Shown one piece after another: positions 1-9,586 of a stretch of 32,000 nucleotides of DNA. The stretch covers positions 390,001 to 422,000 of the forward strand of contig NZ_AP019769.1 in the NCBI RefSeq assembly GCF_023169545.1, given 5' to 3'. The notes under the pieces were generated by a model. That model was not told the origin of the DNA. It searched no databases and was given only the letters and a program-made list of their open reading frames with translations. Every line of letters starts with the position of its first letter. Positions within the stretch are counted from its first letter, which is position 1. This DNA comes from Nanobdella aerobiophila. Its GTDB lineage: Archaea; Nanobdellota; Nanobdellia; Nanobdellales; Nanobdellaceae. The translations under genes and the position numbers were made by a program.

Positions 1-1
1 A

Positions 2-829
2 AACAAAAGAATAGATTTTCCACTTCATGCATATTTCATAATAAATCTTGAAAATTTAGGTCAATTTGAAAGAACATTAATAATTACAGAAAAAAATGCA
101 AAAGTTACATATATAGAGGGGTGTACTGCGCCAGTATATTCTTCTACCCAATTGCATGCTGCCGTAGTAGAATTATTTGCAAATGAAAATTCTAATATAA
201 CTTATGGTACTATACAAAATTGGTCAAAAAATGTATATAATTTGGTAACTAAGAGAGCTAGAGTAGGAAAAAAAGCCAGAGTAAGATGGATATCTGGGGA
301 ATTTGGTAGCAAAGTTACGATGCTGTATCCTGGGTTAATATTAGATGATGATGCTGAAGGAGAAATATATACCATCGGTTTTGCTACAGATAACCAAAAT
401 ATAGATACAGGAGGGAGAATATTTGCTCTAGGAAAAAATTCTAAAGGATATATATTATCAAAGTCTATCGCGATAGGAAAAGAAAATGAATCTATATCTG
501 TCAATAGGATAGATATAAAATTAAATAATAACGGAGAAGTTATATCAAAATGTGATTCTTTAATAGAAGAAAAAGGTAAGAGCACTTCTATACCAAGGAT
601 AGAGAAATTTAGCAATGAAAGTAGTTATAATCACGAAGCAAAAATGGAAAAAATCAATGATGAAAAAATATTATATTTAAGATCATTAGGTATAGAAGAA
701 AAAGAAGCTAGAAGGTTATTCCTATTAGGATTTATGGATGATATATTAAATAATTTTCCAGAATCATATAAATTAGAAATAAAAAGGATATTGGATTTGG
801 AATTAGAAGAAATTGGTGGATTTGGATGA
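2..829 (+). CDS. sufB: Fe-S cluster assembly protein SufB/SufD family, C-terminal part (5' end outside window)
   Basis: Frame is open from nt 2. Translation ...GQFERTLIITEKNAKVTYIEGCTAPVYSSTQLHAAVVEL... and the C-terminal HEAKMEKINDEKILYLRSLGIEEKEARRLFLLGF match the conserved SufB core and C-terminal helices. Confidence 0.85.
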   Translation, partial: NKRIDFPLHAYFIINLENLGQFERTLIITEKNAKVTYIEGCTAPVYSSTQLHAAVVELFANENSNITYGTIQNWSKNVYNLVTKRARVGKKARVRWISGEFGSKVTMLYPGLILDDDAEGEIYTIGFATDNQNIDTGGRIFALGKNSKGYILSKSIAIGKENESISVNRIDIKLNNNGEVISKCDSLIEEKGKSTSIPRIEKFSNESSYNHEAKMEKINDEKILYLRSLGIEEKEARRLFLLGFMDDILNNFPESYKLEIKRILDLELEEIGGFG

Positions 830-2073
830 TGATGGATCCGTACAAAATTAGATTAGATTTCCCAATATTAAAAAGAAAAATAAATGGAAAGGATTTGGTA
901 TATTTTGATAATGCAGCAACAACCCAGAAGCCATTGAGAATAATAGAAAAATTTACAGAGGTATATACAAAATATTATGCAAATATACATAGAGGTATTC
1001 ATACTTTATCTCAGGAAGCATCCGATATGTACGAAGATGCTCATAGAATAGTCTCTGAACATCTAAATGCTAACGATTGGAGAGAAATAATATTTACAAA
1101 AAATACTACAGAGTCTATTAACTTAGTAGCATATTCTTATGGAATAAACAAGCTCAAGAAAGATGATAAGATAATAATAACAAAAATGGAACATCATGCA
1201 AATTTAGTACCATGGCAACAAGTTGCTAGAAAAACAGGAGCAAAAATAGAATATATAGACTTTAATAAGGATTATAGATTAGATATTGATCAAGCAGAAA
1301 AAATAATTGATGATAAAACCAGAATAGTGGCAATAACTCATGCCTCAAATGTATTAGGCACTATAAACCCTATAAAAGATATAATAAAAATTGCTCATGA
1401 ACATGACGCGATCGTTTTAATTGATGCTGCGCAAAGCATTCCACACAATAAGATAGATGTAAAAAAATATGATATGGATTTTTTAGCATTTAGTGCACAC
1501 AAAATGATGGGACCTGATGGGATAGGGGTATTGTATGGAAAAGAAGAGATATTAGAAAAAATGGATCCATTCTTAACTGGAGGTGATATGATAAAGGATG
1601 TAGATCTTTACAATGCTGAATGGAACGATCTACCATGGAAATTTGAAGCTGGTACACCAAATATCGCTGGTGGGATCGTATTTGGAGAAACAATAAAATA
1701 TATAAAAGATATAGGTATAGAAAATATTGAAGAATATGATAGATATATAACAAAATATTTTATTGATAAATATAATGATTATAAATTAGATGATATTATG
1801 TTAATAGGTCCTAATGATTATAAAGAGAGAACACCTACATTTTCATTCTATACTAAAAGGTATAGATCTCATCAAATTGCAAAACTATTGGATCTTGAAG
1901 GTATTGCTGTAAGATCTGGATTTCACTGTGCACATCCACTATTAAAAAATATTAATATATTAAATAATAATTTATATAACCTAGGAGGAACTTTTAGAGC
2001 CAGTTTATATATATATAATACAAAAGAAGAAGTAGATTATTTTTTTGAAATATTAAAAAAACTACTTAAATAA
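826..2073 (+). CDS. sufS: Cysteine desulfurase SufS (class V aminotransferase)
   Basis: 415 aa with HHANLVPW, the PLP-lysine motif FSAHKMMGPDGIGVLYG and the catalytic Cys loop RSGFHCAHP. The start overlaps the sufB stop (GGATGATGATGG). Confidence 0.9.
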   Translation: MMMDPYKIRLDFPILKRKINGKDLVYFDNAATTQKPLRIIEKFTEVYTKYYANIHRGIHTLSQEASDMYEDAHRIVSEHLNANDWREIIFTKNTTESINLVAYSYGINKLKKDDKIIITKMEHHANLVPWQQVARKTGAKIEYIDFNKDYRLDIDQAEKIIDDKTRIVAITHASNVLGTINPIKDIIKIAHEHDAIVLIDAAQSIPHNKIDVKKYDMDFLAFSAHKMMGPDGIGVLYGKEEILEKMDPFLTGGDMIKDVDLYNAEWNDLPWKFEAGTPNIAGGIVFGETIKYIKDIGIENIEEYDRYITKYFIDKYNDYKLDDIMLIGPNDYKERTPTFSFYTKRYRSHQIAKLLDLEGIAVRSGFHCAHPLLKNINILNNNLYNLGGTFRASLYIYNTKEEVDYFFEILKKLLK

Positions 2074-4377
2074 CCATTTATATATTATTTTAATATCTTT
2101 TTTAATTGATCTTCTCGCCTCAAACCTGCCTATATTAAAATAATCTGAAATCTTCCCAAAACTCCATGATAACAAGAATTTTCCAACCAATATTTCTTCA
2201 TTATTTAATCTTGGTTTTTCATCTGTATATAATAAATAATAGATATATATTAATTTTGCTACATCCGCTGCTGCTTCATAAGTCATTGGTGAATCAATAT
2301 ATCCCCTTAACCTATCGATCTGATTGTCTGTTAAATTAACGTGAAAGTGTGGTTTAAATTTATAATGGGTTTCTAACATTTTTAATATTATTTTTGGAGT
2401 TAAATCAAAATAAACATCAGAGACTTGATTTATTAATTTCCATCTAAATTCATAATTCAATTTTTTAACTATTTTTTCGGTATTTTCATTTAATGGTCTT
2501 AATACGATACCAGAATACTCTCCAGATACCTTGTTCTTTTCGGGCGATAGATGAACCAAAAGAAACTTATTTTTTTGCCAGAAATTTAATAGTTCATATG
2601 TTACACCAAAACTAGAACCTATCCAATCATATCTGTTTTTTTCACTCCACTTTGATAATTCCTCTAGAGATATAGATCCAAGTCCATATCCCTGTATTTC
2701 TGGTATTGTAGCTATTCTAATAACTCTTAATCCCTTTAATTTCGCAAATTCTTTTATTCTATAGTGTTTTACTATTATATCCGGTATTATATTGCCTTTA
2801 GGCTTATAATCTTTAAGCATCCTATCTATTACCTCATCTTCTATACCCCCCTCATAAGCTATTTGGACTCCATTAACAATTTTATCATTTTCTAATTCTA
2901 ATACAAAAGCATCGTGATGTGGTGCATCTGCCAACATAGCTATATCATTTGGTCTATTTTGATAATGAGCTAATATATATATTCCAACAAAATTCTTCAG
3001 TTTCTTATCATCATTATAAAACCAATCTTTTAATGGTATTCTATAAAATCTAACCTTATAACTTTTTATTAAATCTATATCTTCTTTATCTATCTCATCA
3101 GGCTCTGAATCGAGTAATAAAGAATCATATAACCACTTCTCTATTGGATCATTCTTATTATATCTTATAGGCTCAATCATAGTATATCTATATAATTTAA
3201 AATCACTATTAGAATTTAGAAACTTCATGAATCTAACAGAGAACGATCTTCCTGCACCTTCATAACCATGAATAGTAGAAGAAAAAATAATTTGCTTATA
3301 TTTTTTTATAAATCTATATAATAACTCTATCCCGATACCTGCAGCTTCATCAACAAATAGATAATCATATTTTTTTGATAATATTTCTCTCGGATCTCTA
3401 TACTCTATAAATATTTTATTATTAACAATTATTTTTGTTTTTTTAATCTCCTTAAAATCTATACCTTCTTTTTTCAAACCTATTTTTAAAAAATTAAATA
3501 AAGTTTCTACATTATTAAAGGACGGTGCAGTTATACCTATATCAAAAATTTCTTTCTTTTCCAATAAAGTTGAAACTAGTGCAGATATAGATAATCCAAT
3601 AGAGGCACTTTTACCTCTCCCCCTATCTGCAATAATAAGGTATATTGCTTTTTCATCCTTTAATAAATTTTCTAACATACTTAAAACATTGGCTTGATCT
3701 TGTGTATAACATAATCTATATATTCTATCTGAAAATATTTTATTCTCATTTAATACTAACTTATCCCTTCCAGGCAAAGTTATATTATTTATGTCACAAT
3801 CATATTCTATTCCTTTAATAACTCCTTTATCTATGTCATAAATCAATATATTTTCATACTGCATTAATTTATTTTTAAACCTATATTCAAATAGCTTCCT
3901 TACTTCTTCTATTTTATATGGAGGCGTTAGTAGATGTTCATGAAATGTTGTAGTTATACCTTCAAAGTTATCAAAGTCCTTGATTATTAAGAATCCTATA
4001 CCAGATCCGGATAGAGTTTCAATTATTCTACCCAAATAATCGGGAGTTAGAGATTTATACATATCTAAAATTAATATATTATATGTTTTTCCTAATATCT
4101 TATCAGAATCTTTATATCTAATTTTATCTACTTGTAAATCTTTAAAATTTTCTAACAATTTTTCATATCTATATAAATAGTCTCCAAAATAATCCTCAGT
4201 AACATACAATATTTTTATATCCTCCCTATAATTTTCTATCTTTGATATATAATAATTTATAAGGTCTGATAAGATATGAAAATAATTCTCTCCAGATAAT
4301 ACTACAATGCCTCTATGATTATTTTTTATGATTTTACATATTAAAGACTTATAATTCTTTTCTAATTCTTGATCCAT
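2062..4377 (-). CDS. tmcA: tRNA(Met) cytidine acetyltransferase TmcA (Kre33/NAT10 family)
   Basis: 771 aa. It has the P-loop IIADRGRGKSASIG, Walker-B-like LFVDEAAGI and a GNAT motif RIATIPEIQGYGLGS, followed by a C-terminal tRNA-binding-like tail. This is the typical TmcA domain order. Confidence 0.85.
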   Translation of the reverse strand: MDQELEKNYKSLICKIIKNNHRGIVVLSGENYFHILSDLINYYISKIENYREDIKILYVTEDYFGDYLYRYEKLLENFKDLQVDKIRYKDSDKILGKTYNILILDMYKSLTPDYLGRIIETLSGSGIGFLIIKDFDNFEGITTTFHEHLLTPPYKIEEVRKLFEYRFKNKLMQYENILIYDIDKGVIKGIEYDCDINNITLPGRDKLVLNENKIFSDRIYRLCYTQDQANVLSMLENLLKDEKAIYLIIADRGRGKSASIGLSISALVSTLLEKKEIFDIGITAPSFNNVETLFNFLKIGLKKEGIDFKEIKKTKIIVNNKIFIEYRDPREILSKKYDYLFVDEAAGIGIELLYRFIKKYKQIIFSSTIHGYEGAGRSFSVRFMKFLNSNSDFKLYRYTMIEPIRYNKNDPIEKWLYDSLLLDSEPDEIDKEDIDLIKSYKVRFYRIPLKDWFYNDDKKLKNFVGIYILAHYQNRPNDIAMLADAPHHDAFVLELENDKIVNGVQIAYEGGIEDEVIDRMLKDYKPKGNIIPDIIVKHYRIKEFAKLKGLRVIRIATIPEIQGYGLGSISLEELSKWSEKNRYDWIGSSFGVTYELLNFWQKNKFLLVHLSPEKNKVSGEYSGIVLRPLNENTEKIVKKLNYEFRWKLINQVSDVYFDLTPKIILKMLETHYKFKPHFHVNLTDNQIDRLRGYIDSPMTYEAAADVAKLIYIYYLLYTDEKPRLNNEEILVGKFLLSWSFGKISDYFNIGRFEARRSIKKDIKIIYKWLFK

Positions 4378-4416
4378 TATATTTTCTTCTTCAATACCTT
4401 AATAAGTTAATTATAT

Positions 4417-4581
4417 ATTAAAAAGTTAAACATAATGATTAAATAAATATTAACTTAAAATTCAAGTATAAATTAAATTTAAAATTTTACATTAAAAAGT
4501 TAAATTAAACCGTTAATAATATATTAAAATATTAAAAAATAGGCATTAAATATAGTTAAATCGTTAAATTATATAGTTAAA
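4417..4581 (+). repeat. Direct repeats with core AGTTAAA in the tmcA/rgy intergenic region
   Basis: ATTAAAAAGTTAAA occurs at 4417-4430 and again at 4491-4504. ATATAGTTAAA occurs at 4550-4560 and 4571-4581. Further GTTAA copies lie at about 4405, 4511 and 4562. Confidence 0.6.
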
Positions 4582-4592
4582 AATAAATTAAA

Positions 4593-6338
4593 TTAAAGTA
4601 AAATATATCTTAATTTAATATCTAAAGCCTTCAATAATTTTGGATCATCTACAAGAACTATAGAAATTCCTTTAGAAACTCCTCCCGGATACAATCTAGA
4701 GCTCCTACCAGAAGCCTGTAAATAAGTTTTTATATCTACTATATTCAATATTATATTATTATCTTCAATGGTTATTGAAACATCTTCACTATCTTTTAGC
4801 TTATTGACTATATCGGGATTTTTTAAATAGATAGATATACTATTATATATATTTTTTATCAAATCATAAATATACCCCTTACCATTATTATTTTTTAGGG
4901 AGTCTGATAATAATCTAAGCGCTTCGGGAGATAATCTTTTGATATAATTTCTCAATCTTTCAATTTTTTTATTTAATATGCTCCTCTCGTAAGATGTTAA
5001 AAATGAAGAAATAAGATTTCCTAGTAAAATTAAATTATTTATATTATATTCTAGATTAGATAAGTTTATCCTTATTTTTGGTATTCCAAAAAATATAGTA
5101 TATTTTATTCTTTCAGGCAGATTTAATCCCCTGGCTAGGATACCATATGGATCTGCCACACCAATCAGTACATCTGTTTTGTTTTCTTCAAAATCTTTTA
5201 TTTTTTCATCTATTTTTTTAACTTCTGCTGATATATACTGAACCTTTATTCCCCTCTCTAATAAAAAATTATATATGACTTTAACATAATCTATACCTTT
5301 ATCCTTTGAAACAAATATTATTATACCATCTTTCAATTTCCTTACTAATTCATATAACTTATCTAAATCTTGTGTATTATAATATATATCTATTACATTT
5401 CTCAATTTATAATTACCAGTACCAGAAGAGAAATTAGTAAGTTCTTTATATATTAACGACCTTTTGCCTTTTAGTGAACCAGTAGCAGAGGATAATACTA
5501 TTATTCCTACCTTTTTTGACTTTATTTCCAAAAATTTTTTATAAATATCGCTATTAAAATCTAGTTTCCCAGCCAATTTAAGATCAATAACCTTTTTTAC
5601 TATGTCTAAATCCTCATTAGTATATCCTATTAAATTAAATACTCTTTCTATATTTTTTGAACCTTTAAAAAATGAATCTACGTCATCTATGAATATAATA
5701 TCGAATCTATAATTATTTAATAAATTAAAATTTTTTGATAGATACTGATTTGATATTATTAGTATATCTATATTACCTTCTCTTAGTTTATTTTCAAACT
5801 CTTTTTTATTTTTAATATTATATGAAAGTATATTTAATTTAACGTTAAGTTTTTCTACAGATCTATTAATTTCATTTTCAGTCTGTTTAACTAATAATCT
5901 TGTTGGTAATATTATTAATATTTTCTTTTTATATTTATAAGAAAAATATATGGAGGATAGATATATAAATGTAGACTTTCCAACGCCTGTTGGAGCGACC
6001 ATGGAAAAACCGATATTTTTATACAATCTTTTAAACCACATTAACTGAACTTTCCAAGGATCTGTATTTACAATACTTCTAAAGAAATTTGAAAATTCTT
6101 TAACTTCTCTATGAAAATTATATATCTGATCAAAATCCTTTAATCTCTTATTTTTTAATAATATTTTATATAATTGATCTATAAATTTATTTCTATCATC
6201 AATGTTTATTATATTATTAATATCTATATCGTCAATATCCAATTTACATGGTAAAGAGTTTGATAATCTAGATGATTCTATTAAACCACCACAATTGAAA
6301 CACATATTTTTAATATTAATAAATATTCCATCATCCAT
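4593..6338 (-). CDS. rgy: Reverse gyrase, helicase-like N-terminal half only (split gene)
   Basis: N-terminal CFNCGG zinc-finger remnant, then PWKVQLMWFKRL, Walker A APTGVGKST, IIFIDDVDSFFKGSKNIE and motif VI QASGRSSRLYPGGVSKGISIV. The ORF stops right after the helicase module. No Toprim/topoisomerase IA domain follows. Confidence 0.85.
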   Translation of the reverse strand: MDDGIFINIKNMCFNCGGLIESSRLSNSLPCKLDIDDIDINNIINIDDRNKFIDQLYKILLKNKRLKDFDQIYNFHREVKEFSNFFRSIVNTDPWKVQLMWFKRLYKNIGFSMVAPTGVGKSTFIYLSSIYFSYKYKKKILIILPTRLLVKQTENEINRSVEKLNVKLNILSYNIKNKKEFENKLREGNIDILIISNQYLSKNFNLLNNYRFDIIFIDDVDSFFKGSKNIERVFNLIGYTNEDLDIVKKVIDLKLAGKLDFNSDIYKKFLEIKSKKVGIIVLSSATGSLKGKRSLIYKELTNFSSGTGNYKLRNVIDIYYNTQDLDKLYELVRKLKDGIIIFVSKDKGIDYVKVIYNFLLERGIKVQYISAEVKKIDEKIKDFEENKTDVLIGVADPYGILARGLNLPERIKYTIFFGIPKIRINLSNLEYNINNLILLGNLISSFLTSYERSILNKKIERLRNYIKRLSPEALRLLSDSLKNNNGKGYIYDLIKNIYNSISIYLKNPDIVNKLKDSEDVSITIEDNNIILNIVDIKTYLQASGRSSRLYPGGVSKGISIVLVDDPKLLKALDIKLRYILL

Positions 6339-6376
6339 TTTAAAGAAATTTTAAATTTAATTTATAAATTATATAT

Positions 6377-6976
6377 ATGGACATATCTGATATTTATACT
6401 CAATTACAAAAAGAAAAAGAAAGAAAGAACCTAGAAAAAATACAAAAAGGATTTTATCAAAAAATATCAGAGTTAATAAAAAAATATAGAAAGCAACTGG
6501 ATTTATATAAAACTCAAAATAAAGAATATAAAGAATTAGAATCTACAATAAATAAAATACAGGATTCTATAAGTGATTTGATAAATATAAGAATCAAAAA
6601 AATAATAAATATGACATTATTAGAAGTTAAAGAAGACCTAAGTGCGATCGACCAAGAAAACCTACAAGAAGAAGAAAAGATGTTTTATAGTATACTAAAA
6701 AACCTAATATTATCATACAAAATAAATGTAGAAAACCAGATATTAAATGGTGAAGAAATAAAGACTGAAGATTTTTATAAATACATAAATATTTATTCGG
6801 TAAATTTGGAAAATAAAATAGAAAAAGATATATTAATAATAAATAAAGATCTACCAAAAATAGTAGGAACAAACGGGAGAATATATGGCCCCTTTAAAGT
6901 CGGTGATATAATTATATTAGATAAAGAAATGGCAAAAAAATTAGAAAATACAAAGATAGGCACACTAATAAATTAA
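6377..6976 (+). CDS. GINS-like replication protein (Gins51/Gins15 type), putative
   Basis: 199 aa. The N-terminal helical domain shows the pattern EKERKNLEKIQKGFYQKISELI ... ENLQEEEKMFYSILKNLI. The small C-terminal domain LPKIVGTNGRIYGPFKVGDIIILDKEMAKKL resembles the archaeal Gins51 A+B domain layout. Recognised from memory only. Confidence 0.5.
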   Translation: MDISDIYTQLQKEKERKNLEKIQKGFYQKISELIKKYRKQLDLYKTQNKEYKELESTINKIQDSISDLINIRIKKIINMTLLEVKEDLSAIDQENLQEEEKMFYSILKNLILSYKINVENQILNGEEIKTEDFYKYINIYSVNLENKIEKDILIINKDLPKIVGTNGRIYGPFKVGDIIILDKEMAKKLENTKIGTLIN

Positions 6977-7007
6977 TTTTATAAATCTATTTAAGAAACT
7001 ATATAAA

Positions 7008-7322
7008 ATGAAAATTCCAAAAAAAGTAAATAAGTATTGCTCATACTGTAGAAAGAATACAGAACATAAAGTTATAATAATTAAAAGCTCAAAAGCTAGA
7101 ACAGGACTTGTATGGGGCTCTAGAAGAGCAAGAGAAGGAAAGAAAGGGATTGGTAACAAAGGAAAATATAGTAAAAGACCTTTATCACAAAGAAAGAGAG
7201 GTGTGATTAAGACCTCTAAGGGTGTGGATCTAAGAATTGAATGTTCTATATGTAAAAAACAAGAGGTATGGAACCTTAAAGGCAGATATAAAAAAGTTGA
7301 ATTTACAACTGCAATAAGATGA
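7008..7322 (+). CDS. rpl44e: 50S ribosomal protein L44e (eL42)
   Basis: MKIPKKVNKYCSYCRKNTEHKV...RIECSICKK. It has a C4 zinc ribbon and a basic composition, and the length is typical of L44e. Confidence 0.9.
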   Translation: MKIPKKVNKYCSYCRKNTEHKVIIIKSSKARTGLVWGSRRAREGKKGIGNKGKYSKRPLSQRKRGVIKTSKGVDLRIECSICKKQEVWNLKGRYKKVEFTTAIR

Positions 7323-7810
7323 AAGCTAGATTGTTTTTTGAAGCTTTTAGCAATGATAAAGATAAATTGATAGAATTACTAGATAAAACTCTTCCAGATA
7401 ATATATCAAAATTTAAAAACTATCAGATAATAGAAAAGAAAACAGCAGAACCAATAGAAAAAGAAATGCCAACACCAGACAATAAAAAAATAAATGGTTG
7501 GTCTTCATACTTAGAAGTATATGCTGACTTTAAGGATTTTGACTCTATTATAGATTTTATATTATTTTATACTCCATCAAAAATAGAAGTGGAAGATATA
7601 AGAGAGCTAAAGATTGTCGCAAAAGACCAAGAGGTAAAATACAATAAAGAAAGGATAAATATATTGTTAAACCAAATATCACAAGCTATATTCTCAAAAG
7701 TAACAGCAGTCGCAAACGCATATATAATGCAAGCAAAAAAAGCAGTAGGAAACCAACAAAGCAATATTGGTAATACCCAAAATTTAACAAATCTAAAATT
7801 ACCCAAATAG
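7319..7810 (+). CDS. Hypothetical protein (163 aa)
   Basis: ORF overlapping the rpl44e stop (ATGA). No motif recognised and no cysteines, so it is not the S27e usually found after L44e. Confidence 0.5.
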   Translation: MKARLFFEAFSNDKDKLIELLDKTLPDNISKFKNYQIIEKKTAEPIEKEMPTPDNKKINGWSSYLEVYADFKDFDSIIDFILFYTPSKIEVEDIRELKIVAKDQEVKYNKERINILLNQISQAIFSKVTAVANAYIMQAKKAVGNQQSNIGNTQNLTNLKLPK

Positions 7811-7811
7811 C

Positions 7812-8615
7812 CTAACCAAAATAATATCTAGACCTTTCCTCCGATTTTTTCTGATTTTCTTGTAACTCCTTTAATCTGCTTATATCTTTTTCTATACTCT
7901 CTTTCAACTTCTTTCCTTTCTCTCTTAAACCAGTCAAATCAATATTAAAATTATATATTTTTCCCAATATTTCTAATGCTTTTGAAGATGCATAATATCC
8001 ATTAATTTGATTTGTAGGATAAGTTTGCACTAGTAATGCATAAGCTGGCTTCTTATATAATTGAGAATAATATAATGTCAGCCCGCTCATCCCAACAATA
8101 CTTTGTGATTTGAATATATTTATGTCTCCAATTTTCTCTTTTATGTTATTAATATTATAAAATTTATTAAATGCAAACATATAATTTGGATCTTCAGCCT
8201 CTAGTTCTACATTAGAATTATAAGACCCACCCAATATCGCATATTCTTTTATATCATATCTCTTTAGCTTTTTAAATAATTTATTCATAAATCTATATCT
8301 TAAATATAATGATAATCCAGGATCTTCCAATACAGATACCTGAAAATCACCATATAATATAAGAAAATCTGTCTCATTTACTTTTAAATTATACAACTTA
8401 TAACTTATATTATCAGATACTATACCTTTTTTATTTATATATACTAGATCTGGAAAAAAGTCTGAGAGTATTCTCCCAACTAGAACACTTTTAAAAGATC
8501 TAATCATTGTTTTACCGACCACTTTTGCCACATTCCCAAATCCTCCACCTATAGAATACAAAAATACAGCATTTTTCATATTTTTCAAAATATTATTATC
8601 TAATATAAATTCCAT
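7812..8615 (-). CDS. PAC2-family proteasome assembly chaperone-like protein (COG1938)
   Basis: 267 aa with an N-terminal glycine-rich LYSIGGGFGNVAKVVG and a coiled C-terminal tail ending YYFG. It sits after aIF2alpha-Nop10, as in many archaea. Confidence 0.6.
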   Translation of the reverse strand: MEFILDNNILKNMKNAVFLYSIGGGFGNVAKVVGKTMIRSFKSVLVGRILSDFFPDLVYINKKGIVSDNISYKLYNLKVNETDFLILYGDFQVSVLEDPGLSLYLRYRFMNKLFKKLKRYDIKEYAILGGSYNSNVELEAEDPNYMFAFNKFYNINNIKEKIGDINIFKSQSIVGMSGLTLYYSQLYKKPAYALLVQTYPTNQINGYYASSKALEILGKIYNFNIDLTGLREKGKKLKESIEKDISRLKELQENQKKSEERSRYYFG

Positions 8616-8619
8616 AATA

Positions 8620-8811
8620 TTATAACCAACCTAATTTATATAAAACTTCCTTTTTCATCTTTCTTCTATATTCTCCCCATTTGTCTTCCGGAGAAAATTT
8701 TGACGGTATTACTCTATTAGTTTTATTATTACAATTCGGACATGTCTCCTTAAATGTATATATGTAACATTTTTCACATCTTCTAATCTCCTTCATTTTT
8801 TGATATCTCAT
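8620..8811 (-). CDS. nop10: H/ACA RNP protein Nop10
   Basis: ...MKEIRRCEKCYIYTFKETCPNCNNKT...SKFSPEDKWGEYRRK has a zinc ribbon plus the conserved C-terminal helix. The true start is probably the second Met (nt 8796). Confidence 0.9.
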   Translation of the reverse strand: MRYQKMKEIRRCEKCYIYTFKETCPNCNNKTNRVIPSKFSPEDKWGEYRRKMKKEVLYKLGWL

Positions 8812-9559
8812 ATACTATATTATATTTCTTTGCTTCGGAATCTATCAGATCTAATAATTTCTTTTCCTTACTCTGTAGATCCTTAGGATTAATTGTATAA
8901 TATCTTATCATATATCTTGGAGATCCAAGATATTTTACTTCTAGATTCAACTCTTTTATTTTCAAAAGAAACTCTTTTAATTTTAATATACCATCACCCT
9001 CTATATTATAAGCTTCTAATATATAATCAAATTTATATTTTGGTGGATTTAGGTATTCTTTTATATACTGATATAATTTATCTAATATTTTTTTATTTAT
9101 CTTGTATTTGTTTAGGACAGACTTTCCATTTATTAGAACATCTAAGAACACATTATATAACTTATCCGTCTTAATTATCTTATCAATAACCTCATCATAT
9201 ATTTTATCTGTATCAATATTTTCTTTTTCACTCATAATCTTTAATACATTATATGCCATATTTTCTTTTTTATATTCAATAACCTTTGCCTTCTGCTTGT
9301 TTTTATCTACTCTTTTATAAGATAGTGTACATAATCTATTTTTAATATCTACATCTAATACCAAACATACTATTGTTTTCCCCTCTTTTAGTATAATTCT
9401 TGGATTTGTTATTCTCTTATTTGATAATTCATCCATAGGGATTATACCACTAAAAGATTCATACTCATTTAAGTTCACCCTTATACTTATATCAGAAATT
9501 TCTTCTACAGTACATATTACATATTCTCCATCTTTTGGATAATCCTTTCTCTTATACAT
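8783..9559 (-). CDS. eif2a: Translation initiation factor aIF2 alpha
   Basis: 258 aa. An N-terminal S1/OB domain (YPKDGEYVICTVEEISDISIRVNLNEYESFSGIIPMDELS) is followed by helical and alpha-beta domains. Confidence 0.85.
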   Translation of the reverse strand: MYKRKDYPKDGEYVICTVEEISDISIRVNLNEYESFSGIIPMDELSNKRITNPRIILKEGKTIVCLVLDVDIKNRLCTLSYKRVDKNKQKAKVIEYKKENMAYNVLKIMSEKENIDTDKIYDEVIDKIIKTDKLYNVFLDVLINGKSVLNKYKINKKILDKLYQYIKEYLNPPKYKFDYILEAYNIEGDGILKLKEFLLKIKELNLEVKYLGSPRYMIRYYTINPKDLQSKEKKLLDLIDSEAKKYNIVYEISKNEGD

Positions 9560-9586
9560 TAACTATATTAATTAAAAAAAGATTTA

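Noticed and set aside
202-615. 137-aa ORF on the minus strand
   Set aside because: Entirely antisense to the well-supported sufB frame. It has low-complexity F/I/L/S composition typical of shadow ORFs in A+T-rich DNA.
1490-1753. 87-aa ORF on the minus strand
   Set aside because: Antisense to sufS, with no motifs. Shadow ORF.
6627-7159. 81-aa (6627-6872) and 64-aa (6965-7159) minus-strand ORFs
   Set aside because: Antisense to the GINS-like gene and to rpl44e, with hydrophobic shadow-ORF composition.
7567-7806. 79-aa minus-strand ORF
   Set aside because: Fully inside and antisense to the 163-aa ORF that is translationally coupled to rpl44e. There is no independent support.
8893-9320. 93-aa and 72-aa plus-strand ORFs
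   Set aside because: Antisense to the clearly recognisable aIF2 alpha gene.
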